NCBI RefSeq assembly: GCF_028368995.1
Contig: NZ_JAQNDL010000001.1
Coordinates: 4,472,531 to 4,536,530, forward strand
Origin: Nannocystis bainbridge
Lineage (GTDB): Bacteria; Myxococcota_A; Polyangia; Nannocystales; Nannocystaceae
Length of the DNA stretch: 64,000 bases
Direction of reading: 5' to 3'
The notes under the pieces were generated by a model that searched no databases, was not told the origin of the DNA, and worked only from the letters and a program-made list of their open reading frames with translations. Shown one piece after another: positions 19,204 to 29,756 of the stretch. How positions within the stretch are numbered: the first letter of the stretch is position 1; the number at the start of each line of letters is the position of its first letter. The translations under genes and the position numbers were made by a program.

Positions 19204-21267
19204 TAGCCCTTTGGCCAGGTTGGCGAGGAAGGCCTCGGCCCGCGAGGCGACGTTGTCGTGGCCGAGGCGCTCGTCGCGGGCGATGTCGTGGACCTGGATG
19301 TCGGCCTCGGGCAGGTCGTCGAGGAAGCGGCTCGGCTTGCGCGGGACCTCGGCGCCGCGCTCGAGCCGGGTGGCGGCGCGGGTGATGTAGAGGCGGTCGC
19401 GTGCGCGGGTGATGCCGACGTAGAACAGCCGCCGCTCCTCCTCGAGGTCACCGGCGATGGCGTCGCTGATGCGCGGGGCGCTGACGCGCTTGTGCGGCAT
19501 GATGCCCTCCTCGCAGCCGATCAGCAGCACGAGCGGCCACTCGAGGCCCTTGGCGCTGTGGAGGGTCGAGAGGGTGATCTTGCCGCCCGCGCCGTCCTCG
19601 TCCTCCTCCTTGTCCTTGCTGGCGTTCATGACCTGGAAGAAGTCGTTGTAGCGGGCCTGGCCGCCCTTGGCGCGGGCGCGCTGCTCGAACCGGCCGAGCG
19701 CCTCGAGCAACCACACGACGCCGTCCCAGCGGGCGGTCGCGGCCGCCTCGGAGCCGGCCTCCTTGAGCACGTACTCGCGCAAGCCGACGCCCTCGAGCAG
19801 GCCCTGCAGCGGCGCGACCGCGGAGCCGCTGGTGTAGAAGTGCGCCTGGGCGCGCTTGATCGCGGCGGAGAAGCTGCGCAGGCCGGTGGCCGCGCGGCTC
19901 GGGATGTCGGCGATCTCTTCGCTGCGGTGGATCGCCTCGGCGAGCGAGAGGTTGCGGTGGCGCGCGAACTCGCTGAGGTGCTCGATCGTCTTGAGGCCGA
20001 CGCCGCGCGAGGGGACGTCGAGCGCGCGCCGGGTCGCGAGGTCGTCCTTGGGCGCGATCATCACCTTGAGGTAGGCGAGGGCGTCCTTGACCTGCTTCTT
20101 GTCGTAAAAGGCCTGGCCGCCGAGGATCCGGTAGGGGAGCCCGTGCTCCTGCAGCAGGGCCTCGATGGCGTCGCACTGCTTGGCGCTGCGGTAGAGGACG
20201 GCGATGTCCTCGGGCTTCATGCCGCGGTCCTTGATCTCGCGATAGATGGTGCGGCCGATGAAGCGCGACTCCTGCTCGCCGTCCGGGGCGACGACGACGG
20301 TGACCTTGTCGCCGCCGCGGCGCTGGGGGACGAGGCTCTTCTCGTGGCGCGAGGTGTTGCGCTGGATGACGGCGTTGGCGCAGCGGCAGATCGGGGCGTA
20401 CGAGCGGTAGTTCTGCTCGAGCTTGATGGTCTGCGCGCGCTTGAAGTACATGTCGAAGCCGAGGATGTTGGCGACCTTGGCCCCGCGCCAGCCGTAGATG
20501 GCCTGGTCGTCGTCGCCGACGACGCACACGTTCTCGCGCTCGCCGGCGAGGCGGCGCACGACCTCGAGCTGGGCGCGGTTGGTATCCTGGTACTCGTCGA
20601 CCATCAAGTAGCGGAACTTGGCCTGCCAGTAGGCGCGCGCCTCGGCGTTCTCCTCGAGGGTGGTGGCGATCCGGCAGATGAGGTCGTCGAAGTCGACGGC
20701 GCCGAGAGCCCGCAGCCGCTCCTCGTAGGGGCCGTAGACGGCGGCGGCGGCCTCGTCGTACTCGGTCTCGAAGTACAGGCCCTGGGCGTCGGCCGGCGAG
20801 ACGAAATCGTTCTTCCACAGCGAGACCCGCTGGACGATCGCGCCGAGGTCGAAGCGCCGCTCGGCGCCCTGACCGGTCAGCCCGAGGTCGCGCAGCACGG
20901 CGCGCACGAGCCCGTAGACGTCGCCCTGGTCGAGGATGCCGAACTTCTTCGGCACGCCGAAGTGGTCGGGCTGCTCGCGCATCATCGCCGCGCCGACGCT
21001 GTGGAAGGTGCCGAGCACCAGCGAGTCGGCGATCGCCTTGCCGGTCATCTTGTGCAGCCGCTCGCGCATCTCGTCGGCGGCCTTGTTGGTGAAGCTGAGC
21101 GCGACGATGTTGCCGGGCGGCACGCCGCGCTCGAGCAGGTAGACGACGCGGTGGGTGATGACCCGCGTCTTGCCGGAGCCGGCGCCCGCGAGCACGAGCA
21201 GGGGGCCTTCGGTGGCGCACACCGCGGCGCGCTGTTCGGGGTTCAGTCCGCTGAGATCGAGGGCCAT
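19201..21267 (-). CDS. UvrD/Rep/PcrA-family ATP-dependent DNA helicase
   Basis: LNPEQ, AGAGSGKT, FTNKAA, VDEYQDTN, VGDDDQAIY, LEQNYRS, TLHSAKGLE, EERRLFYVGITRA. Confidence 0.96.
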   Translation of the reverse strand: MALDLSGLNPEQRAAVCATEGPLLVLAGAGSGKTRVITHRVVYLLERGVPPGNIVALSFTNKAADEMRERLHKMTGKAIADSLVLGTFHSVGAAMMREQPDHFGVPKKFGILDQGDVYGLVRAVLRDLGLTGQGAERRFDLGAIVQRVSLWKNDFVSPADAQGLYFETEYDEAAAAVYGPYEERLRALGAVDFDDLICRIATTLEENAEARAYWQAKFRYLMVDEYQDTNRAQLEVVRRLAGERENVCVVGDDDQAIYGWRGAKVANILGFDMYFKRAQTIKLEQNYRSYAPICRCANAVIQRNTSRHEKSLVPQRRGGDKVTVVVAPDGEQESRFIGRTIYREIKDRGMKPEDIAVLYRSAKQCDAIEALLQEHGLPYRILGGQAFYDKKQVKDALAYLKVMIAPKDDLATRRALDVPSRGVGLKTIEHLSEFARHRNLSLAEAIHRSEEIADIPSRAATGLRSFSAAIKRAQAHFYTSGSAVAPLQGLLEGVGLREYVLKEAGSEAAATARWDGVVWLLEALGRFEQRARAKGGQARYNDFFQVMNASKDKEEDEDGAGGKITLSTLHSAKGLEWPLVLLIGCEEGIMPHKRVSAPRISDAIAGDLEEERRLFYVGITRARDRLYITRAATRLERGAEVPRKPSRFLDDLPEADIQVHDIARDERLGHDNVASRAEAFLANLAKGL

Positions 21268-21353
21268 GCGTCGGAGCGGCGCAGACATACGGCGCATCGG
21301 TGGCGCGCCGCAAGGGCTTGAGTCGGAGGCGGCAGATGTGCTCCCCTGCGGGG

Positions 21354-22016
21354 GTGACGGAGCGGTCGGCGCGGGCGGGAGATGCGCTCGAGATCGTGCA
21401 GCTGGAGGTGGGGCTGCTGCAAAACTTCTGCGAGGTGATCGGCTGCCCGCGCACGGGCGAGGCGGCGCTGGTGGACCCAGCGTTCGAGGTCGACCGGCTG
21501 CTGGCGGAGGTCCGCCGGCGAGGCTGGCGAGTGACGACGATCTTCCTCACGCACACGCACGACGATCATGTGGCAGGCCTCGACGAGGCGGCGGCGCTGA
21601 CGGGTGCGGTGGTGCGCTGTCACCCGCTCGAGGTGGCGACGGCGCGGCGGCTGGCGCCGCAGGTGCTGGCGGTGGCCGACGGGGAAGAGGTGGGGCTCGG
21701 CGAGGGCCGGGTGCGAGCGATCTTCGCCCCCGGCCACACGCCGGGCTGCGTGTGCTGGTTCGTCGCCGAGCCGGCGGCGATCGTCACCGGCGACGTGCTG
21801 TTCGTCGGCTCGTGCGGGCGCGCGAGCGATGTCGAGGCGATGGTCGATACGCTGCAGCGCAAGCTCGGTGGATTGCCGGAGGAGACCCGCGTGTTCCCGG
21901 GCCATGACTACGGCAAGACGGCCACGAGCACGCTGGGGTACGAGTTCGCGACGAACCCGGCCCTGCGCGCGGAGACGCCGGCGGCGTTCCGGCGCTGGGC
22001 GCAGGGGCGCGGCTGA
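21354..22016 (+). CDS. MBL-fold metallo-hydrolase (glyoxalase II-like)
   Basis: THTHDDH, PGHTPG, TGDVLF, PGHDY. Start uncertain (ORF opens at 21300). Confidence 0.88.
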   Translation: MTERSARAGDALEIVQLEVGLLQNFCEVIGCPRTGEAALVDPAFEVDRLLAEVRRRGWRVTTIFLTHTHDDHVAGLDEAAALTGAVVRCHPLEVATARRLAPQVLAVADGEEVGLGEGRVRAIFAPGHTPGCVCWFVAEPAAIVTGDVLFVGSCGRASDVEAMVDTLQRKLGGLPEETRVFPGHDYGKTATSTLGYEFATNPALRAETPAAFRRWAQGRG

Positions 22017-22019
22017 GGA

Positions 22020-22230
22020 TGTCCTTGAGGACAGGTCGGGCCGGGAGCGAAGCGGCAGGTCGCCTGGGGTGAGCGCGGGAGGCGTCTCCGTGGGGACGCC
22101 TCGGAGGTGGCGACGTGTCCGGGTGTTCGTGGCGAATGGGACATGTTTTATAGGACATGTCCCTTGACTCGCATCGCGTGACATGTCTCTTTGGGCATGT
22201 CTCTTTGGACATGTCGTGAGGGACATGCTC
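22020..22230. repeat. TGTCC-N4-GGACA monomer plus tandem arrays
   Basis: TGTCCttgaGGACA at 22020. CATG cores at 22142, 22156, 22182, 22196, 22210 and 22224. Confidence 0.9.
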
Positions 22231-22239
22231 AGAATTCGC

Positions 22240-23088
22240 TCATCCTGGCGCAGGTTGCCAGGGGCCGACAGTGTCGCCGGGGGGAGGCGGCGCGGCCTCG
22301 GGCGTCGGGGTCGCGGAGGGCGTCTCGGGGGTCGAGACGGGCGCGGGCGGCGAGGCGACGGAGCCGGACTCGGGCGTGAGGACGGGTGTCGGCAGGGTGG
22401 GCAGCGAGGAGGGCGGCGAGGCAGGCGCGGGGGCCGGAGCAGGCTTCGGCGGCGGCGGTGCGCGGCCAGGGATGAGGTCGAAGGAGACGCCGAGGCTGGC
22501 GAGGAAGGTGACGAGCACCCGGTCGGCGCCGGCGTCCTCCTGCAAGGTGGTGCGACGCGAGCGCGGGCCGATGACGAGGCCGGCCCACAGCTCACCGGCG
22601 AGGCGCGGGGTGAGGTACTTGCGGACGCCGCCGCTGACCATGCCGGCGGACCGACCCCACACGTCGCGCCCGGCCTCCTTGTCGTAAAACGGCGGCCGGT
22701 AGGTGCTGGGGCCGAAGGTGGGCACGAACATGTACTCGACGCGGATGAAGGCGAGGCGTGAGTAGACGCCGAGCCCGAGGCCGATGTCGACGAGGCCCTT
22801 GTGGGCGCCATAAGGCCGCGGGCGGACGTTGCCGATGACGGCGCCGCGGGCGTGGAAGAACAGCGGACCGACGGCGCGCGCGCGCAGCTCGAGGTTGGCG
22901 CCGACGCCGAAGAAGTTGCCGGTGTGCTCGCAGCGCTGGACGCCTTCGCGGGTCTGACAGGCGGCCTCGCCAGGGGCGTGCGGGCCGAACAGGGCGCCGC
23001 CGGCGATCACGAGGCGCGGAGGGGGCGGCGGGGCCTCCGGGGCGGGGACGCCCGCGGCCGCGGCGAGCGCGAAGATCCAGCAGAGCAT
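22240..23088 (-). CDS. Secreted or outer-membrane hypothetical protein with Pro-rich tail
   Basis: Signal-like N-terminus, alternating Gly/aromatic strand-like segments, Pro-rich C-terminus. Confidence 0.7.
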   Translation of the reverse strand: MLCWIFALAAAAGVPAPEAPPPPPRLVIAGGALFGPHAPGEAACQTREGVQRCEHTGNFFGVGANLELRARAVGPLFFHARGAVIGNVRPRPYGAHKGLVDIGLGLGVYSRLAFIRVEYMFVPTFGPSTYRPPFYDKEAGRDVWGRSAGMVSGGVRKYLTPRLAGELWAGLVIGPRSRRTTLQEDAGADRVLVTFLASLGVSFDLIPGRAPPPPKPAPAPAPASPPSSLPTLPTPVLTPESGSVASPPAPVSTPETPSATPTPEAAPPPPGDTVGPWQPAPG

Positions 23089-23436
23089 GCGAGGATGGTG
23101 CCGGAGGCGAAGGAGGCTGACCAGGGGCGCGGATGTCCCGAAGGACAGGGCGCAGCGAGCGGCCGTCCGGGACTGGGTTTCGAGAGCGGCGCGCCCAGGG
23201 CAGGGGAGGCCTCGGCGGCCGGCTCAGGGCGGTGGGTGGCCGCGCAGGTCCGATCACGGTCGGGTGACCCGTGGCCTCGCCGCACGCGGCCGCGAGTGCG
23301 CCCGGCCTGGTGCACATAGCGAGGTCGGGGGATGCGAGAAGGCGGAGGTGGATGGGGTCGGCAGGCGCGAGGGGTCGCGGCGGGAGGCGCTTCGACGGGC
23401 CGTGACCCGCGTGTTACGCTGGCCGCCGCGGCGCCG

Positions 23437-24908
<1,472 letters not shown>

Positions 24909-24912
<4 letters not shown>

Positions 24913-25043
24913 GCGGGCGTGAGATTGAACATAGAACATGTTCGATGGGATATGTTCGATGGGACATGCTCCAGGCGCCATGTTCGTTGGGGCATGTCCA
25001 TGAAGGCATGTTCAAAGTCACGTGCTGGGGGGTAGTGCCATGA
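24909..25043 (+). repeat. Tandem array of 14-bp units that also forms a 44-aa ORF coupled to xdhA and xdhB
   Basis: Cores at 24937, 24951, 24965, 24979, 24993, 25007 and 25021. GTG at 24909 overlaps the xdhA TGA, and TGA at 25041-25043 overlaps the xdhB ATG. Confidence 0.85.
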
Positions 25044-27460
25044 CCGACGTCTCGCAATCGCCGCTGGGGCGGCCGGCCGTCCACGAGAGCGCGCAGGGGC
25101 ACGTGACGGGCGCGGCGCGCTACGTCGACGACCTGCCGGCGCCGGCGGGCATGCTGCACGGGCTGCCGGTCGGCTCGCCGGTGGCGCGCGGGCGGCTGGT
25201 GAAGCGGAGCGCGGCGCGGGCGTTGGCGCTGCCGGGGGTGCACGCGGTGCTGTTCGCGGCGGACGTGCCTGGGCACAACCGGATCGGGCCGATCGTGCAC
25301 GACGAGCCGCTGCTGGCCGAGGACGAGGTGTTCGCCGAGGGGCAGACGGTCGCGCTGGTGCTCGGCGAGTCAGTGGCGGCCTGCCGCGCGGGGGCCAAGG
25401 CGCTCGAGCTCGAGTTCGAGGAGCTGCCGGCGATCCTGACCATCGCCGACGCGCTGACGGCCGGCTCGTTCCTGTGCCAGCCGCACGAGATGCGGCGCGG
25501 CGACGTGGCGGCGGCGATGGCCCGCGCGGCGGTGATCGTGGCCGGCGAGCTGCACACGGGCGGGCAAGATCACTTCTATCTCGAGACCCAGGCGACGCTG
25601 GCGATCCCGGGCGAGAACGACTCGATGCACCTCGAGAGCTCGACGCAGCACCCGTCGGAGGTGCAGATCGCCTGCGGCGAGGTGCTCGGCTGCTCGCGCA
25701 ATCAGGTGGTGGTGTCGGTGCCGCGCATGGGCGGGGCGTTCGGCGGCAAGGAGTCGCAGGCGTCGCCGTTCGCGGCCCTGGCGGCGGTGGCGGCCCGGCA
25801 CACCGGTCGCCCGGTCAAGGTGTGGCTGAGCCGCGACCTCGACATGACGATGACGGGCAAGCGCCACCCGTTCTGGTCGCGCTACCGCGCCGGCCTCGAC
25901 GCCCGCGGGCGGCTGCTCGCGCTCGAGGTCGAGATCGTGGCCGACGGCGGCTGGAGCGTCGACCTGAGCCCGGCGATCCTCGACCGCGGGATGTTCCACC
26001 TCGACAACGGCTACTTCGTGCCGAACCTGCACTTCGTCGGCAAGGCGGTACGCACCCACAAGGCCTCGAACACGGCCTTCCGCGGGTTCGGGGGGCCGCA
26101 GGGCATGGCGGTGATCGAGGAGGTGCTGTCGCGCGCGGGCGAGCGGCTCGGGCTCGACCCGGCGGAGATCCGTCGCCGCAACTATTATGGCGACTGTCCC
26201 GACGAACATGTTCCGGAGAACATGGTCGAAGTGCCAGTCCCGGACGACGAGCAGACCAGCGCCGGGGCGAGCGTGATCAGCCTGGTGCGGGCGCGCTGCC
26301 TGACGCCGTACTACCAGGAGGTCCCGCACTGCCGGCTGCCGCGGATCCACGCCGAGCTGCTGGCGCGCTGCGACTGGGACGCGCGCCGGGCCGAGATCGC
26401 GGCGTGGAACGAGCGCTCGCGCTGGCAAAAGCGCGGGCTCGGCTTCATGCCGGTGAAGTTCGGGATCTCGTTCACCAACACGATGCTCAACCAGGCCGGG
26501 GCGCTGGTGCTGATCTACGCCGACGGCAGCGTGCAGCTGAACCACGGCGGGACGGAGATGGGCCAGGGGCTGCACACCAAGATGGTGGCGGTGTGCGCCC
26601 ACGAGCTCGGGGTGAGTCCGGCGCAGATCCGCTGCATGGCGACGGCGACCGACAAGGTGCCCAACACTTCGGCGACGGCGGCGTCGAGCGGGTCCGACCT
26701 CAACGGGATGGCGGTGCGCAACGCGTGCGCGGAGCTGCGGGAGCGGGTGCGGCCGCTGGCGGGCGAGCTGCTCGCGGCGGCGCCGGAGGCGGTGCAGTTC
26801 GTCGGCGGCGCGGCGGTCGGGCCCGACGGGCGCAGGCTGCCGTGGAGCGACCTGGCCAAGGCGGCGTGGATGCGGCGGCTGTCGCTCAGCTCGGCCGGCT
26901 ACTACGCGACGCCCAACATCGCCTACGACCGCATGGCCGGGCGCGGCAAGCCGTTCCACTACTTCGCGTACGGGGCGGCGGCGGTCGAGGTGGAGGTCAG
27001 CGGGCTGACCGGCGAGCACCGGCTGCTGCGTGTCGACATCCTCCACGACGTCGGCAACTCGCTGCTGCCGACGATCGACATCGGCCAGATCGAGGGCGGG
27101 TTCATTCAAGGGGTCGGCTGGGTCACCGGTGAGGAGCTGCTTTGGGACGCGAAGGGCCGGCTGCTGACGCACGGGCCTTCGACCTACAAGATCCCGGCGA
27201 TCGGCGACTGCCCCGCGGTCTTCAACGTCGCGCTGCTGGAGCGCGCCGAACAGGACAGCACGATCCACGGCAGCAAGGCCGTCGGCGAGCCGCCGCTGAT
27301 GCTCGGCCTCGGGGTGGTCTCGGCGCTGCGCCAGGCGGTGGCGGCGTTCGGCCCCGGTGAGGTCGAGCTGGGCATCCCCTGCACGCCCGAGGCGATCTTG
27401 CGGGCGGTCAGCCGCCAGCGCGCAGGCGCGGTGACGCGGGCGGTCGACGCGGCGGAGTGA
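25040..27460 (+). CDS. xdhB: Xanthine dehydrogenase molybdopterin-binding subunit
   Basis: HESA..HVTG.A.YVDD, GGQDHFYLE, RMGGAFGGKE, TAFRGFGGPQG, GTEMGQGLHTK, SKAVGEPP. Confidence 0.96.
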   Translation: MTDVSQSPLGRPAVHESAQGHVTGAARYVDDLPAPAGMLHGLPVGSPVARGRLVKRSAARALALPGVHAVLFAADVPGHNRIGPIVHDEPLLAEDEVFAEGQTVALVLGESVAACRAGAKALELEFEELPAILTIADALTAGSFLCQPHEMRRGDVAAAMARAAVIVAGELHTGGQDHFYLETQATLAIPGENDSMHLESSTQHPSEVQIACGEVLGCSRNQVVVSVPRMGGAFGGKESQASPFAALAAVAARHTGRPVKVWLSRDLDMTMTGKRHPFWSRYRAGLDARGRLLALEVEIVADGGWSVDLSPAILDRGMFHLDNGYFVPNLHFVGKAVRTHKASNTAFRGFGGPQGMAVIEEVLSRAGERLGLDPAEIRRRNYYGDCPDEHVPENMVEVPVPDDEQTSAGASVISLVRARCLTPYYQEVPHCRLPRIHAELLARCDWDARRAEIAAWNERSRWQKRGLGFMPVKFGISFTNTMLNQAGALVLIYADGSVQLNHGGTEMGQGLHTKMVAVCAHELGVSPAQIRCMATATDKVPNTSATAASSGSDLNGMAVRNACAELRERVRPLAGELLAAAPEAVQFVGGAAVGPDGRRLPWSDLAKAAWMRRLSLSSAGYYATPNIAYDRMAGRGKPFHYFAYGAAAVEVEVSGLTGEHRLLRVDILHDVGNSLLPTIDIGQIEGGFIQGVGWVTGEELLWDAKGRLLTHGPSTYKIPAIGDCPAVFNVALLERAEQDSTIHGSKAVGEPPLMLGLGVVSALRQAVAAFGPGEVELGIPCTPEAILRAVSRQRAGAVTRAVDAAE

Positions 27461-27541
27461 GGGCCCGAGGCTCGGGCGGCGCTGCCGCCGGGCAGCCGGG
27501 CGGTCGTTCAGCCGATCATGGTTGCTCCGGATTCAGGATCT

Positions 27542-27686
27542 AGACATGTCTTCAAGGGCATGTCGTCGAGAGCATGTCGTCAAGGGCATGTCCCGGACGA
27601 CATGCTGCTGGGGGCATGTCCTGAGGATGGCCGGTGTCGCCCGGGCTTGCGCGTGACATGTCGCGATGGACATGTCCTCAGGGTCA
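27542..27686. repeat. Tandem 14-bp TGTCC-N4-GGACA array
   Basis: CATG at 27545, 27559, 27573, 27587, 27601 and 27615, then in phase again at 27657 and 27671. Confidence 0.92.
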
Positions 27687-29480
27687 CTCGGGCGGCAGCA
27701 GCGCGAGGTCGAGGCCGCCCGGGTACCAGTAGCTGCCGTAGTCCATCACGCCGTAGGTGCTGACGCCGAACTTCACGTTCGAGCTCATGCTGTGGCCGCC
27801 GGTGGCGGTGTCCGGCAGCTCGAGGTGGGCCATCGAGTAGCCGGCGCCGATCGGCTTGAAGCCGGTGACCATCGCGCCGTCGACGGTGATCGTCGCGCCG
27901 TCGGGGGCGATGATGTCGGCGAAGTTCTGGACCCACAGCTTGTTGGCGTAGACGATGTAGTTGTCGCGGTACTGCAGGATGGGGACCGCCTGGACCATCG
28001 CGGGGTCGCTGGTGCCGTAGCCGGCCTCCTGGCTGACCATGTACTGGACGACGAGGACGCGCTTGTCGGCGTCGACCTTGAAGCGGGCCACGGAGGTGGC
28101 GATCTCGATGAACTCGCCGGCCTTGGCGATCTTCTTGGCCGCGTTCTGATCGGGGGTGTAGACGAGGTTGGTGTCGTCCTCGGCGGCGATGATGCGGACG
28201 AAGGTGGCCTTCTCGAGGGCGTTGTCGGGGGTCTGGACCGGCGGGCCGACGAAGTACTCGCCAGACAGGGTCTCGAGCGGGAACAGCGACTCCTCGAGGT
28301 GATCGCAGGCGACGACGCCGATCGGGACCTGGGTGCATTCGTGGCCGCCGATGACCTGGACGGGCTTGTCGGCGTGCACGAACGAGCCGGTGAGGTCGCC
28401 GCCGGCCGCGCTGTAGACGGTGAGCACGTCGCCGGTGTTGAGCAGGGCCATGCCGCTGCCCTTGGCATCGACGCCGCCGCCGGCCTGGGTGTTGGTGCCG
28501 CCGGGCGGACCCTGCAGCTTGACGATGGTGTTGTCGCGGCTGGCGACGACCGAGTAGAAGCCAGGCAGCAGGTAGTCGTCCCAGTACTGCCAGGAGGCGA
28601 CCACGTAGTTGCCGGTCCAGGTGTTGACGGGGAGCAGCAGCGAGGCGTCGTTCGACTGGGACGCGTTGAGCGGCATGAACTGGTAGACGGTGACGGGCTT
28701 GGTGGCGCGCAGGCGGTAGGCGCCCTTCTTGGCGTGCTTGGTCGGACCTGAGCCCTGGATCAGCTCGGGCACGAACGGCAAGGTGATGACCTTGACGTCC
28801 TCGGCCGGCACGGTGACCTGGGCGACGAGCTCGTCGCCGCGGGTGATGGTCACCATGGCGGTGGCTTCGGCGGCGTTGGAGATGGCGACCGCGAACGGGT
28901 TGTTGAGGTCGAAGATGTCGTACTGCTGGGTGACGGTCGGGTAGTACTCGCAGCCGATGTAACTGAGGCTGCCGAGCTTGGCGCAGGCGCCGACGCAGCC
29001 GCCGCCCTGGCCGTCGCAGCTGAGGCCGAGCAGCGGGTCGCAGTACTGGCCGGGCTCGTAGGCGGTGCCCTCGGTGTTGCAGACGAGCTCGTCCTGGCCG
29101 TCGCACTGCTTGGTGCCAGGCACACAGTCGACGCAGCCGATCCCGGGGGCGCAGGCGCTGGAGCACGCGGTCTCGTCGCTGAACCCGCCCATGCCGTCGC
29201 ACACCTGCGCGAGGTCGCCAGCGCACACGATCTGGCCCTGGGGACACGGACCGGGCGGCGTGGTCGTCGGTTCGCTCGCGGTCGAATCACTCGTGCCGGT
29301 CGCGCTCGAGGTGGTCGGCTCGCCGCTGGTGACGTCGCTCGTCGGCGGCTCGCCGGTGGTGCTGCTGGTCCCCGGCGCGGTCGCGCTGGTGGGGTTGGCG
29401 CTGCCTGTCACCTGACCTGTGCTGTCGCCGCAGGCCGCGAGCACGAGGGCGAGGGGCACACACGAGAGAGAGCGGACCAT
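27684..29480 (-). CDS. IgGFc-binding-protein N-terminal-domain lipoprotein
   Basis: Lipobox LVLAAC, T/S/G linker, Cys-rich repeats, SYIGCEYY, SNDASLLLP, DLTGS...ADKPV.V.GGH.C, CDHLEE, DPAM. Confidence 0.85.
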   Translation of the reverse strand: MVRSLSCVPLALVLAACGDSTGQVTGSANPTSATAPGTSSTTGEPPTSDVTSGEPTTSSATGTSDSTASEPTTTPPGPCPQGQIVCAGDLAQVCDGMGGFSDETACSSACAPGIGCVDCVPGTKQCDGQDELVCNTEGTAYEPGQYCDPLLGLSCDGQGGGCVGACAKLGSLSYIGCEYYPTVTQQYDIFDLNNPFAVAISNAAEATAMVTITRGDELVAQVTVPAEDVKVITLPFVPELIQGSGPTKHAKKGAYRLRATKPVTVYQFMPLNASQSNDASLLLPVNTWTGNYVVASWQYWDDYLLPGFYSVVASRDNTIVKLQGPPGGTNTQAGGGVDAKGSGMALLNTGDVLTVYSAAGGDLTGSFVHADKPVQVIGGHECTQVPIGVVACDHLEESLFPLETLSGEYFVGPPVQTPDNALEKATFVRIIAAEDDTNLVYTPDQNAAKKIAKAGEFIEIATSVARFKVDADKRVLVVQYMVSQEAGYGTSDPAMVQAVPILQYRDNYIVYANKLWVQNFADIIAPDGATITVDGAMVTGFKPIGAGYSMAHLELPDTATGGHSMSSNVKFGVSTYGVMDYGSYWYPGGLDLALLPPE

Positions 29481-29756
29481 GCACGCATGGTAGGAGGCCG
29501 GACCGCCAGGGCCCCGGCGAGAGGCCGTGAGTTACGGAGGGAGGTCGAGGCGACATGTCCTTTGGGCAAGGTGGATCGGCGGGCTTCGACAGGGGCAGCG
29601 GCGCCGATCCTGGCGGAGGGCGAGATCGCGCAAACGCGTTCACGGTGCTGGCGCACGCCCGGCGCGGCCGTCTGCGCGTGGCGACATCCGTCGAGCCACC
29701 GCGGGCGAAGCCCGGGGGTTCGCTGTCCCGCGGGACAGGTTCATATTTTAGAAGAA

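Noticed and set aside
27542-27620. Resemblance of GGACATGTCC/GGGCATGTCC to eukaryotic p53 half-sites
   Set aside because: The decamer arises automatically at junctions of the 14-bp unit, and the context is clearly bacterial. Treated as coincidence.
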